Of a stretch of DNA of 64,000 nucleotides, positions 1-9,329 are shown one piece after another (positions within the stretch are counted from its first letter, which is position 1; every line of letters starts with the position of its first letter). A program made the translations under genes and the position numbers. The DNA is taken from NCBI GenBank assembly GCA_963792965.1, contig CAWBYW010000009.1:160001-224000 (forward strand). The letters are read 5' to 3'. The notes below the pieces were generated by a model that was not told where the DNA came from, did not search any database, and saw nothing but the letters and a program-made list of their open reading frames with translations. Source of the stretch: an uncultured delta proteobacterium (lineage in GTDB: Bacteria; Desulfobacterota; Zymogenia; Zymogenales; Zymogenaceae).

Positions 1-1004
1 CGGGACATCTTCTCAACAAAATGATCGATGAGGATTGGGATATCTTCTCTGCGCTCGGAAAGATCGGGAATCCGTAACCTCATTACGTTGAGCCGGAAGT
101 AAAGATCGGTGCGAAAATTCCCTCGCTCAACCTCCTGTTTGATCTCTCTGTTCGTGGACGCGACAATGCGAACGTCCGCCTTGACCTTCTTGACGGAGCC
201 GAGGGGCTCATACTCTTTTTCCTGAATCACCCTTAAGAGCTTCACCTGGAGAGCTTGCGGCATTTCTGCGATCTCATCCAGGAGTATGGTGCCACCCCGG
301 GCAAGCTCGAAACGACCCGGCTTATCCTTGACGGCGTTGGTAAACGCGCCCTTGACATAGCCGAATAGCTCCGATTCAAGCAGGGTGTCGGGGAGCGCAC
401 CACAGTTGACCGCCACGAACGGGCCGTCTTTGCGGGGTGAGAGATTATGGATTGCCCGGGCGAATAGTTCCTTGCCCGTTCCGCTCTTTCCTTCAATAAG
501 GACGGTACTCTCGCTTTCGGCTATGTCGGGTAATATATCGAAGATATCAAGGATCTTTCTGTTCTTGCTGATGATGTCTTCGAAGGTGTACTTGGCGGCT
601 ATCTCCTTCTTCAGCGCCTCGATGACGGAGAGATCGCGAAAGGTTTCGACCCCACCGAGTACAGCTCCCTCCTTATCGCGTAACACGGCGGTGCTGATTG
701 TTACCGGGATTTTCTCTCCATCGGCGCTGATGATGTCGATTTTTTGATCAATGACTTCCTGACCGGTATCGATAGTCTTCTTCAGAGCGCAATCGTGGGA
801 GCAGATGCTTGCATGAAAGATATCGTGACATTTTCTCCCGACGGCATCACGACGGGAGACCCCTGTTATCCGCTCCGCGGCGCTGTTGAACGACGTAATG
901 ATGTTGTCATCGTCGATGGTAAAGACGCCGTCGGCGATGCTATCAAGGATTATGTCGATGAATTCTTCTTTCTGAGTCTCTTTTCCACTTCGTTTATCAC
1001 TCAT
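1..1004 (-). CDS. PAS-domain sigma-54-dependent transcriptional activator (bEBP), runs off left edge
   Basis: Manual translation from ATG at 1004 (MSDKRSGKETQKEEFIDIILDSIADGVFTID... PAS). Walker A GKSGTGKE, ESELFGYVKGAFTNA (GAFTGA variant), ILLDEIAEM, DVRIVASTN, FRTDLYFRLNV. Absent from the ORF track because there is no stop in the window. Confidence 0.93.
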   Translation of the reverse strand, partial: MSDKRSGKETQKEEFIDIILDSIADGVFTIDDDNIITSFNSAAERITGVSRRDAVGRKCHDIFHASICSHDCALKKTIDTGQEVIDQKIDIISADGEKIPVTISTAVLRDKEGAVLGGVETFRDLSVIEALKKEIAAKYTFEDIISKNRKILDIFDILPDIAESESTVLIEGKSGTGKELFARAIHNLSPRKDGPFVAVNCGALPDTLLESELFGYVKGAFTNAVKDKPGRFELARGGTILLDEIAEMPQALQVKLLRVIQEKEYEPLGSVKKVKADVRIVASTNREIKQEVERGNFRTDLYFRLNVMRLRIPDLSERREDIPILIDHFVEKMS

Positions 1005-1152
1005 TGTTATAGTATAACAGAAGCATTGCAATATTGCAATCATTATAAACGCTTCATCGCTCTCATGGCATGATTCATGGTACCTAAACCGAATTCTGCG
1101 CGATTGATTGTCTATTAAAAGAAGAGAACATTGCAATATACTAACGAAAATA

Positions 1153-1175
1153 TGTTACAGAAAGTGTTACAGAAA
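1153..1175 (+). repeat. Tandem direct repeat TGTTACAGAAA x2, candidate integrase arm-type site
   Basis: tgttacagaaa-g-tgttacagaaa about 95 bp upstream of the tRNA fragment. Arm-site role is inference. Confidence 0.55.
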
Positions 1176-1244
1176 CCGGGGAATTATAGGGCATTCTGGA
1201 GCATCCTATGGAATCGTAAGGAATTGAAAATACAATGATGTCAG

Positions 1245-1314
<70 letters not shown>

Positions 1315-1329
1315 TAATTTCAATTGGCT

Positions 1330-1353
1330 AAGGGTCATTCGTGACCCTTTCTT
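1330..1353 (+). terminator. Intrinsic terminator after tRNA fragment
   Basis: aagggtca-ttcg-tgaccctt hairpin followed by tctt. Confidence 0.65.
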
Positions 1354-1432
1354 ATTGCGTGACGCGACATGCCCCCGAAAACGGGTCCATGTCAGGAGTT
1401 AGGATTTAAGGCAAAATAGACTCTGAAAGGAG

Positions 1433-1662
1433 GGCAAGGTCGGGGATGAGCTGCTTAAAGGTAAGAGCTTCGATACTTTTGTAGAAGCTAAAGTCTTGAC
1501 AGAGAAGTGACGAAGGAAGTATAATCCCGCTGGGATACAGAGTTCTCTTGGGCGCAATCCCCGGATACTCGAAACCATTCTTCCCCGGTCTTCGGAAGGT
1601 GGACACGAAACATGAACCTATGGACTGACGTAGACGGCGGTATCGTTATCAGGGTCAGGTAA
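1433..1662 (+). pseudogene. IS3-family transposase C-terminal remnant with degenerate right end
   Basis: Frame from 1433 reads GKVGDELLKGKSFDTFVEAKVLTEK*RRKYNPAGIQSSLGRNP. This matches the IS3 OrfB tail (GKLRDELLNGEIFxTLxEAxVLIExWRxxYNxxRPHSSLGY) with TGA (1508-1510) at the Trp. ggtatcgttatcagggtcaggtaa resembles an IS3 terminal repeat. Confidence 0.75.
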
Positions 1663-1705
1663 CATAAGAGCATAAAATGGCTAATAGAAAGAGGCGAGGC
1701 AAAAG

Positions 1706-3493
1706 ATGACGACTAAGGCAACTATTACTATCAACGGCCGGGAGATCAGCGCAGAGGCGGGAACTACTGTTCTGCAAGCCGCCAGGGAAGCGGACATCTA
1801 TATTCCCACGCTTTGCCACCATCCCGCGCTGTCTCCGGTCGGGGCTTGCCGAATGTGCATCGTGGAGATATTAGGGCAACGTAACTTGCAGACCTCATGC
1901 ACGTTTCCGATAACCGATGGGATGAAGATAGAGACGGAGTCAAAAAGGGTGACCGATGCCCGAAAACTGGTTCTCGATATGATCTTTTCGGAAAGAAATC
2001 ACTTCTGTCCCTATTGTGAGGCCAGCGGCAGTTGTGAGCTGCAGGACCTCGGTTACCGTTACCGAGTCGATCACTGGGCGTTCCCCACGTACACGAAGGC
2101 CTTCCCGCTGGATCCTACCCACAAATATTATCTGATGGAACACAATCGCTGCATCCTGTGCGGGAGATGCTATCGCGCGTGCAACGAGCTCGTGGCCAAT
2201 CATACCCTCGGACTCGGGCAGCGTGGAAGTGAGAGCATGATCTGCGCGGACGGCAACATACCGCTTGGCGAATCTTCCTGCATCTCCTGCGGCACCTGCG
2301 CCCAGGTTTGTCCAACGGGCGCCCTCTTCTATAAGAGAAGCGCCTTTATGGGACGGGACAGCCTGACCGATAAAGTAAAGAGCACCTGCAATCAGTGCGG
2401 CGTCGGCTGCGGTATGGAAGTTATCACCCGCGGCGGGAACGTGTTGCATATCATGGGCGATTGGGACGCCCCGGTTAATAAAGGGTTGCTGTGCAAGATG
2501 GGGCGTTTTGAGCCCCTTTATGATACCCGCGAGAGACTTACCCGGCCCCTTTTGCGCGCCGAAGGAAAGCTCGAGGAAATAAGCTGGGAAAAGGCGATCC
2601 AGACGCTGGCCAAGCAGATTAAGTCGATCAAAACCTCGGAAATAGGGGTGCTTGCGGGCAGCCATTCCTCCAATGAGGCCCTCTACTTAGTCAAGAAGCT
2701 ATTCAATCAGAAATTGCAGGTTACCAATATCGGCCTGATCGACAGCGCGGCGCCCCGGATATTCAACAAAGCCCAGGGCAAGCTGGAAGATATTGCCAAG
2801 AGCGACCTGATTCTCGTCATCGGATCCGATCCGGCAAGCGACCAGCCCGTTGCTTCGTTCATTATTAAGCGTGCCGTGGACCACGGAGCACGGCTGATCG
2901 TCGTTGATGATAAGAAGAACGGCCTGGCTCCGTTTAGCTTCATGAGCGTCGGTATGGCTGATATCGGCAAGGCGATAGAGGTCGCGGCGAGAGCCGATAA
3001 TCCCTTTATTCTCTACGGCACGGGCGTTACCAAGGCCGCCGTAGCCGAGCTCAAGAAGCTGGAAGAGAAAGCAAAATATGTCATAGCCGAATCGGGCGTC
3101 AACACGGTCGCGGCGGTGGCATTGGGATTAAACAACGGGTACAATCCGGCCGCCCTCAAACTGGTGTACGTCTTATTGGGTGATGAAAAATCCGAGGGAG
3201 ATGATCTGTTCAAGAGAATCCCCAAGGGCGCGTACATCGTAGCACAGGCAAGCCATTCATCGCCGCTCACCCAACGGGCCGATCTCGTGTTGCCCGCGTC
3301 GATCTGGTCGGAACAAAACAGTAGCCTGACAAATATCGAAGGAAGGATACAGCATATTAATAAAGCGGTGGAACCTGCAGGCGAATCTAAAGCGGACTGG
3401 GAAGCACTGCAATTGTTGTCGGCAGAACTCGGCACGGATATCGCCGTTTCTTTAGATACAGTTTCAGCCGAAGTGATGAAGTCACTTAACTGA
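1706..3493 (+). CDS. hoxU: HoxU/NuoG-like multi-Fe-S subunit with truncated molybdopterin-oxidoreductase domain
   Basis: 2Fe-2S (IPTLC...GACRMC...C), HxCxxC (NHFCPYC..SCEL), two 4Fe-4S motifs (CILCGRC; CISCGTCAQVCP), CNQCGVGC...LC cluster, ADLVLPA C-terminal motif. Confidence 0.8.
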   Translation: MTTKATITINGREISAEAGTTVLQAAREADIYIPTLCHHPALSPVGACRMCIVEILGQRNLQTSCTFPITDGMKIETESKRVTDARKLVLDMIFSERNHFCPYCEASGSCELQDLGYRYRVDHWAFPTYTKAFPLDPTHKYYLMEHNRCILCGRCYRACNELVANHTLGLGQRGSESMICADGNIPLGESSCISCGTCAQVCPTGALFYKRSAFMGRDSLTDKVKSTCNQCGVGCGMEVITRGGNVLHIMGDWDAPVNKGLLCKMGRFEPLYDTRERLTRPLLRAEGKLEEISWEKAIQTLAKQIKSIKTSEIGVLAGSHSSNEALYLVKKLFNQKLQVTNIGLIDSAAPRIFNKAQGKLEDIAKSDLILVIGSDPASDQPVASFIIKRAVDHGARLIVVDDKKNGLAPFSFMSVGMADIGKAIEVAARADNPFILYGTGVTKAAVAELKKLEEKAKYVIAESGVNTVAAVALGLNNGYNPAALKLVYVLLGDEKSEGDDLFKRIPKGAYIVAQASHSSPLTQRADLVLPASIWSEQNSSLTNIEGRIQHINKAVEPAGESKADWEALQLLSAELGTDIAVSLDTVSAEVMKSLN

Positions 3494-3507
3494 GAGGAGA
3501 AGCATAG

Positions 3508-4053
3508 ATGGCAAAAGTCAAGATAGCGACAGACTGGTTAGCAGGCTGCGCAGGATGTCATATGTCGTTGCTCGATATTGATGAGCGTATTGTAGCGTTG
3601 TCGGAGTTGGTCGAATTTACCTCCAGTCCGATCACGGACCTCAAGCATCCGCCCAAAGAAGGGGTGACCGTCGGCATTCTGGAAGGAGCTATCTGCAACA
3701 CTCACAATATTGAAGTCGCCAAGCAGATGCGTGAGCGCTGCGATATCCTCATCGCGGTTGGCGACTGCGCCACGTTCGGTGGTGTTCCGGCCATGCGTAA
3801 TCTCGTGGGTACCGATGTGGCCCTCAGGCGCGCGTATATTGAATCGGAAAGCACGGTTGATGGAGTCATTCCGGATTCCGATGAGCTGGGTAAGCCCCTG
3901 GACATGGTTGTTGGAGTCGATAAGGTAGTCAAAGTTGATCTGTTCATTCCGGGCTGTCCGCCGAGACCGGATGCATTCTTTTATGCATTAACGGAGCTCC
4001 TTGCTGGGCGTACGCCTATCGTCATACCCACCGAAGTATTTACGTACGATTAG
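3508..4053 (+). CDS. hoxY: NAD-reducing [NiFe]-hydrogenase small subunit
   Basis: WLAGCAGCHMS, GDCATFGGVPAMRN, IPGCPP; 181 aa single-cluster small subunit. Confidence 0.9.
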   Translation: MAKVKIATDWLAGCAGCHMSLLDIDERIVALSELVEFTSSPITDLKHPPKEGVTVGILEGAICNTHNIEVAKQMRERCDILIAVGDCATFGGVPAMRNLVGTDVALRRAYIESESTVDGVIPDSDELGKPLDMVVGVDKVVKVDLFIPGCPPRPDAFFYALTELLAGRTPIVIPTEVFTYD

Positions 4054-4065
4054 AGGAGAATATTC

Positions 4066-5493
4066 ATGGGTCGGAAGATAACTATAGAGCCGGTAACACG
4101 TATTGAAGGCCACGGACGTGTAACAATACATCTGGATGATTACGGTGCGGTAGAAAAGACCTTTTTCCACGTCGACGAATTCCGCGGTTTGGAGAAATTC
4201 TGCGAGGGCCGTCCGTATTACGAGATGCCGCAAATTACGCAGCGTATATGCGGAATCTGCCCGATCAGCCATCACCTTGCGGCCTCTAAAGCGTGCGATG
4301 CGATTTCCCGCGTGGAGCCTCCACGCACCGCCAAGCTACTGCGCGAGTTGATGCACATGGGCCAATTTGTACAGTCGCATGGCATGCATTTCTTCCATCT
4401 GGCTGCCCCCGATCTCCTCTTTGGCTTTGATGCCGATCCGGCAACGCGCAACGTTTTCAGAATAATCAAGGAAAATCCGGAACTCGCGCTGAAAGCCGTT
4501 AACATGCGCCGCTACGGTCAGCAGATAATCGAAAGGCTCGGCGGAAAACGCGTCCATGCGAATTTTGCGGTTCCCGGCGGAGTCAATGCCCCACTGACCG
4601 AAGAAAATCGCAAGGCGATCGCATCGGAGCTAAAAACCATGACTACGATCGCACAGGAGGCGATCGGCATAGCCAAGGGATGGCTCGAGGCAAATCACGA
4701 ACTGGCGGCCGTTTTTGCCTCATTTCCTTCAAACTATATGGGAATGGTGGATGAACAGGGAGCGCTCCAACTCTACGACGGCGAAATCCGCGTGAAAGAC
4801 GCTCAGGGCGATTTTCTGGCCCAGTTCAAGCCGGAGTACTATCTATCTTTCATCGCCGAGCACGTTGAGCCGTGGTCATTCTTGAAACACCCGTACCTGC
4901 GTAAGCAGGGCTTCCCCCAGGGCTTCTACCGGGTTGGACCGTTGGGCAGATTGAATGTCATCGATAAGATCAGCACGCCGCTGGCTCAGGAAGAATTCAA
5001 GCTGTTCAAGCAAATAAATGGCGGCAAGCCCGTGGAAGGCTCTCTCTATTATCACTACGCGCGCATGATCGAGGCCCTCTATGGCGTTGAGCGCATCGGG
5101 CAGCTCCTGGATGATCCGGACATTATGTCCAATAATGTTCGCACATATCCTCCGCTTCAGACTGTTCCCGGTCAGGGTGTGGGCGTCATTGAAGCACCGC
5201 GGGGGACACTCTTCCATGACTACAGCACAGATGAAGACAGCCTTTTGACCAGAGTCAATCTCATCGTGGCCACCGGCAATAACAATTGGGCCATGCATAC
5301 TGCCGCGGGGTCGGTGGCAAAGGCTTATGTCGATGGGAGAAAGTTGACTGAAGGAATGTTGAACAGGGTAGAGGCGGCCATTCGCTGCTATGATCCCTGT
5401 TTGTCATGCTCCACGCATGCCATAGGCCAAATGCCGCTTGAAATTACATTGATTGCCGCCGACGGCACCGTTCTTGATCGCATCAGCCGTTAG
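4066..5493 (+). CDS. hoxH: [NiFe]-hydrogenase large subunit, group 3d-like
   Basis: PVTRIEGH, L1 RICGIC, EAPRGTL, L2 DPCLSCSTH plus cleavable C-terminal extension. Confidence 0.93.
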   Translation: MGRKITIEPVTRIEGHGRVTIHLDDYGAVEKTFFHVDEFRGLEKFCEGRPYYEMPQITQRICGICPISHHLAASKACDAISRVEPPRTAKLLRELMHMGQFVQSHGMHFFHLAAPDLLFGFDADPATRNVFRIIKENPELALKAVNMRRYGQQIIERLGGKRVHANFAVPGGVNAPLTEENRKAIASELKTMTTIAQEAIGIAKGWLEANHELAAVFASFPSNYMGMVDEQGALQLYDGEIRVKDAQGDFLAQFKPEYYLSFIAEHVEPWSFLKHPYLRKQGFPQGFYRVGPLGRLNVIDKISTPLAQEEFKLFKQINGGKPVEGSLYYHYARMIEALYGVERIGQLLDDPDIMSNNVRTYPPLQTVPGQGVGVIEAPRGTLFHDYSTDEDSLLTRVNLIVATGNNNWAMHTAAGSVAKAYVDGRKLTEGMLNRVEAAIRCYDPCLSCSTHAIGQMPLEITLIAADGTVLDRISR

Positions 5494-5559
5494 GAAATAC
5501 AGATAGTATATCGGGCGGATAAGTATGACGCTTACCCGCCTTTTTTTCAGAAAAACAAA

Positions 5560-6045
5560 ATGATTTCTAAGTCAATTGTCATCGGATACGGCAATCGAGA
5601 CCGTGCGGACGACGGTGTTGCGTTTGCGGTAATAAATGAGCTGCGCAGCCAACTGGGGCAGAAAATGCTGGAAGAGGACGACACCGGCCTTGACGATCTG
5701 AATAATGAAAATGACTCAATTTTTATATCCCAACTTGTGCCGGAAATTATGGAGCTGCTCACCGGCTACGATAGAATAGTCTTCGTCGATGCCCATGTCG
5801 GCCCCGATATGGAAGATCTCAACTGCTCTCCGGTCTTACCACAATACATTTCTTCTTCATTTACCCATCACATGACACCGTCGGCGCTCCTGGCGTTTCT
5901 CAACGCTCTGTACCGGCACGAACCGGAAGCGCATCTGGTCTCAATACGCGGCTACGATTTTGATTTTAAGCGAGGCTTTTCGCCTCAGGTCCAGGAGCTT
6001 GTGCAACCGGCCGTGAGCGCCATCCTAAAACTGATAGATCAATAG
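5560..6045 (+). CDS. hoxW: Hydrogenase maturation protease
   Basis: IGYGNRDRADDGVA, VFVDA, FTHH motifs; follows the large subunit. Confidence 0.88.
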   Translation: MISKSIVIGYGNRDRADDGVAFAVINELRSQLGQKMLEEDDTGLDDLNNENDSIFISQLVPEIMELLTGYDRIVFVDAHVGPDMEDLNCSPVLPQYISSSFTHHMTPSALLAFLNALYRHEPEAHLVSIRGYDFDFKRGFSPQVQELVQPAVSAILKLIDQ

Positions 6046-6065
6046 AAACTCCGACACGTCTCACA

Positions 6066-6134
6066 TACAGTATCGTCATGACGATGCAATGTGGGAGCGG
6101 GGAGTCGGAGGTATAAATCCTCCGGCCCCCTCCA
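6066..6134 (+). repeat. att-like direct repeat copy 2 (degenerate tRNA-Pro 3' half plus shared flank)
   Basis: tacagtatcgtcatgacgatgcaatgtgggagcggggagtcggaggtataaatcctccggccccctcca; T-stem GGAGG/CCTCC and terminal CCA retained. Confidence 0.82.
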
Positions 6135-6230
6135 CTGATGCCGAGCGCCGCCGGAGATAGATCTTCGCTTATCCGCGGCGTGAGCACGCCGCGTGGCTGT
6201 GGTGTCGCCTTCGCGCATGGGTGAGGTAAC

Positions 6231-9200
6231 TCACGATCTGCCGAGGATGGCCTTCTTGATCCCGCCCTGTTTGATGTCCTCGAGGATCAGGTAGAGACAC
6301 GGAACGATGAAGAGTGTCAGGAGTGTCGAAAACAGCACCCCCCAAAACATCGAGATCGCCATCGGGGCGAGGTACGGTTCTTCCCCTCCGATCCCGAATG
6401 CCATGGGGAAGAGGCCCAAAAGGGTCGTGAGGCTCGTGAGCACGATGGGCCTCAGACGTATCTTGCCCGAATCGATGATTGCGTCGTAGATGTCCGATCC
6501 CTTCGCACGGGCGCGGTTGACGAAATCCACCAGCAGGATGGAGTTATTGACGACGATCCCCATCAGGGCGACGACGCCGATGACCGCGTTCAGGGAAAGG
6601 CCTATTCCCATGATAAAGAGCCCGAACACGACGCCGATGAAGGCAAACGGGATGGCGAGCATGATGATGAAGGGCTGAGAAACGGATTTAAAGAGAAGCG
6701 TCAGCACGATAAACATAATACCCAGCGCCAGGAAAAAAGACTGTATGATTGATCGTAAGGCGTCCTGGGTGTCTTCGTATTCGCCCTTGTAATAGTAGTA
6801 GTACCCCGGGTGGGTGGGGCTTGTTGTGCCAAATTTTTCCTTCAACGCATTGTTGACCGTGGACGAGGTGGTCACGCCCGTGACGACGTCGGCACTGACG
6901 GTGATCGTCCGCTTTCGCTCCGAGTGATGTATTCTCAAGATCCCCCGATCTTTTGAGATGTCGGTCACGCTCCGTATCGGGACACGCCCTCCTGACGGCG
7001 AGGGGACGGTGAAGTTCAGCACGGAAAGCGGCGTCTGGAGCAGCTCCGGGTATTCCACCAATATCTGGATGGTATCTATCCCCCGGTAGATATATCCGGC
7101 TCGTGCCCCGCTCAGGGCGGCATATACCTCGTTGCCCACGAAGGCGGCCGAGAGGCCGACCTTCTTGGCCTGATATTCGTCAACGCCGATGAAATACTCC
7201 TCCTGGCCTCTGCGGAAGTCGCTGTCGATCGAGGTGACCCCCTTCATCTTGTGCAGCTCTCTCATAACCTCTTCGGCCAGCGGCTCAAGGACCCCGAAGT
7301 CATCTCCACGGATTTCCATCGATACCGCCGATCCGGTCGGCGGTCCCTCACGGTTTATGGTATAGGTAATCCTCCTCGGACCAGGGACAAAGTCCGTTTT
7401 CTTGCTAAGCATGGAAGCCAGCTTTTCGGCTCCCGTTTTGAGATATCCGTGCTCCGTAAGGTCGATCGTGACGGCACCGGTATAATCACCAATTTCAGCG
7501 TTACGAGACGGCGCGGCCCTTCCCACCGACGTCTCAAGGGCCGCAACATCCTCTTTGGGGAGCCCGGGGACAAGGCTTTCCACCTGGCGGAGAATCCGAT
7601 CCGTCTCGTCAAGGTTCGTGTCTACGGGGTTGCTGACCGTTGCGGTGAAACGATCGGCAAGGGTCTGTCCCGTTAAGACGAACCTCATCGTAAGAGCTGC
7701 AAGGAGAATGGTAATGACGGCCACGACGTTCAGGCCGATAAAGATGGCGTACCGATGCGCAAGGGCTCGGCCAAGAAGCGCCCCGTAGAATTCGCGAAAA
7801 CGGAGGAACCACTGCTTGGAATCCTCTTTCGTCGCGGCAATAGATACCTTCACAAACTGGTTGAGGTTGCTGGGGAGAATAAAGAACGCCTGGAGTCCTG
7901 AGATGATAAAGGTGACGATCGCAATTTCGGGGATGCTTCTGAGAAACGTGCCGGTGATTCCACTCAACATCAAAAGCGGGATAAGGGATGCTATATTGGT
8001 CGCCTTGGACGCGACAACGGGCAGGACTATCTCGTCTGTCCCGATCGTCGCGGCGTCATAGGTGGAGTATCCCATCTGCCGGTACCGAAAGTAGTTCTCG
8101 GTGACCACGATGGCGTTGTCGGCCACCTCGCCGAGGGCAAGCAGGAGGCCGAACATGGAAAAGAGGTTCATGGTCGTATTGGTGAGATACATATAAATGA
8201 AGGTCGCCAGGAACGAAAACGGGATGGACATGGCGGCCCAGATCGCGAACCGGTAACCGAGAAACAGATTGATAACGACGACGACAAGAAGAAGGCCCAT
8301 GACGCCGTCGTTTAACAGCGTTCTCTGCCTCAGCTGCACCTGTACTGACCTGTCGTGAACCAGTTTGAGGACGGTTCCCTTCGGCACATTCTTACTCTCC
8401 CGGTCCAAGAGGTCGCTGATCTCCTTGACGATCCCGATGACGTCGCCCCCCGCCGTCTTGGTGACCGCCAGGCTGATGGAGCGGTGACCGTCGAGCCTTC
8501 CAATAACCGTCTCCTTTTCAAAGGTATCGGCCACCTTCGCGATATCCCGGAGGTAGGTGACGCCGTCGGGTCCCGACCTGAGGATGATCGCGCCGAAGTC
8601 GGCCGCCGTCGGGGTCTCCCCGCTGGTGCGAACCAGCATTTCCTTTGTGTCAAAATTCACGGTCCCCGCCGGAAGGTTGACATTCCGGTTCATCACCGAA
8701 TCCGCGATGCCCGTCAGCGAGAGGTCAGTTGCGGCAAGCTTCCGCGGATCGACCAGGACGTGTATCTCTCTGTTCCGGTAGCCGGTCAGGTCAACGGTGC
8801 TGATTCCGTCGAGCGCCTCGATTTCGTCGTCGAGGCGCTCGGCGGTGCTGCGCAGCGTCTCTTCCGGAACCGCTCCTCCCACTGCGACCGTCACGACTGG
8901 AAACTCGGGCCTCAGGCGGCGAAAGATGGGAACCTTCGCCGCCGTGGGAAAGGTCTGAATCGTATCGACTTCGTTCTTCAGGTCGTTGAGGAGATTGTCG
9001 AGCTCCGGGCCCTGAACGTCGCTGTTGGCCTGGATCGTGATGAAGGAGAGTCCCTGGGAGCTTACCGAGGTGATTTGCTTGACTCCGCTGACGTCCGCTA
9101 TCGCATTCTCGATCGGGATGGTGATCGCCGTCTCGATCACCTCGGGGGTTGCCCCCGGATAGGTGGTGGTAATGAAGATGTATCCGTAATCGACGGGAGG

Positions 9201-9305
9201 ATAGATCTCTCTCTTGAGCCTCGCAGAAAAAAGTATGCCGAGGATGATCACGGCGGCCGTGATCAGATTGACCACAAGGCGGTTATTCACCCAGAACCGT
9301 ATCAT
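6231..9305 (-). CDS. RND efflux permease (AcrB/AcrD/AcrF family)
   Basis: 1024 aa; YPGATPEVIE, DNAIVVTEN, RLRPIVLTSLTTLLGLFPM; two TM bundles. Confidence 0.93.
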   Translation of the reverse strand: MIRFWVNNRLVVNLITAAVIILGILFSARLKREIYPPVDYGYIFITTTYPGATPEVIETAITIPIENAIADVSGVKQITSVSSQGLSFITIQANSDVQGPELDNLLNDLKNEVDTIQTFPTAAKVPIFRRLRPEFPVVTVAVGGAVPEETLRSTAERLDDEIEALDGISTVDLTGYRNREIHVLVDPRKLAATDLSLTGIADSVMNRNVNLPAGTVNFDTKEMLVRTSGETPTAADFGAIILRSGPDGVTYLRDIAKVADTFEKETVIGRLDGHRSISLAVTKTAGGDVIGIVKEISDLLDRESKNVPKGTVLKLVHDRSVQVQLRQRTLLNDGVMGLLLVVVVINLFLGYRFAIWAAMSIPFSFLATFIYMYLTNTTMNLFSMFGLLLALGEVADNAIVVTENYFRYRQMGYSTYDAATIGTDEIVLPVVASKATNIASLIPLLMLSGITGTFLRSIPEIAIVTFIISGLQAFFILPSNLNQFVKVSIAATKEDSKQWFLRFREFYGALLGRALAHRYAIFIGLNVVAVITILLAALTMRFVLTGQTLADRFTATVSNPVDTNLDETDRILRQVESLVPGLPKEDVAALETSVGRAAPSRNAEIGDYTGAVTIDLTEHGYLKTGAEKLASMLSKKTDFVPGPRRITYTINREGPPTGSAVSMEIRGDDFGVLEPLAEEVMRELHKMKGVTSIDSDFRRGQEEYFIGVDEYQAKKVGLSAAFVGNEVYAALSGARAGYIYRGIDTIQILVEYPELLQTPLSVLNFTVPSPSGGRVPIRSVTDISKDRGILRIHHSERKRTITVSADVVTGVTTSSTVNNALKEKFGTTSPTHPGYYYYYKGEYEDTQDALRSIIQSFFLALGIMFIVLTLLFKSVSQPFIIMLAIPFAFIGVVFGLFIMGIGLSLNAVIGVVALMGIVVNNSILLVDFVNRARAKGSDIYDAIIDSGKIRLRPIVLTSLTTLLGLFPMAFGIGGEEPYLAPMAISMFWGVLFSTLLTLFIVPCLYLILEDIKQGGIKKAILGRS

Positions 9306-9329
9306 ACGAGACCCCGGAACATCCTTAGA

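Noticed and set aside
1706-3493. Formate dehydrogenase alpha subunit or [FeFe]-hydrogenase
   Set aside because: Molybdopterin domain is truncated with no recognisable Mo-ligand segment, there are no H-cluster motifs, and the context is hoxYH.
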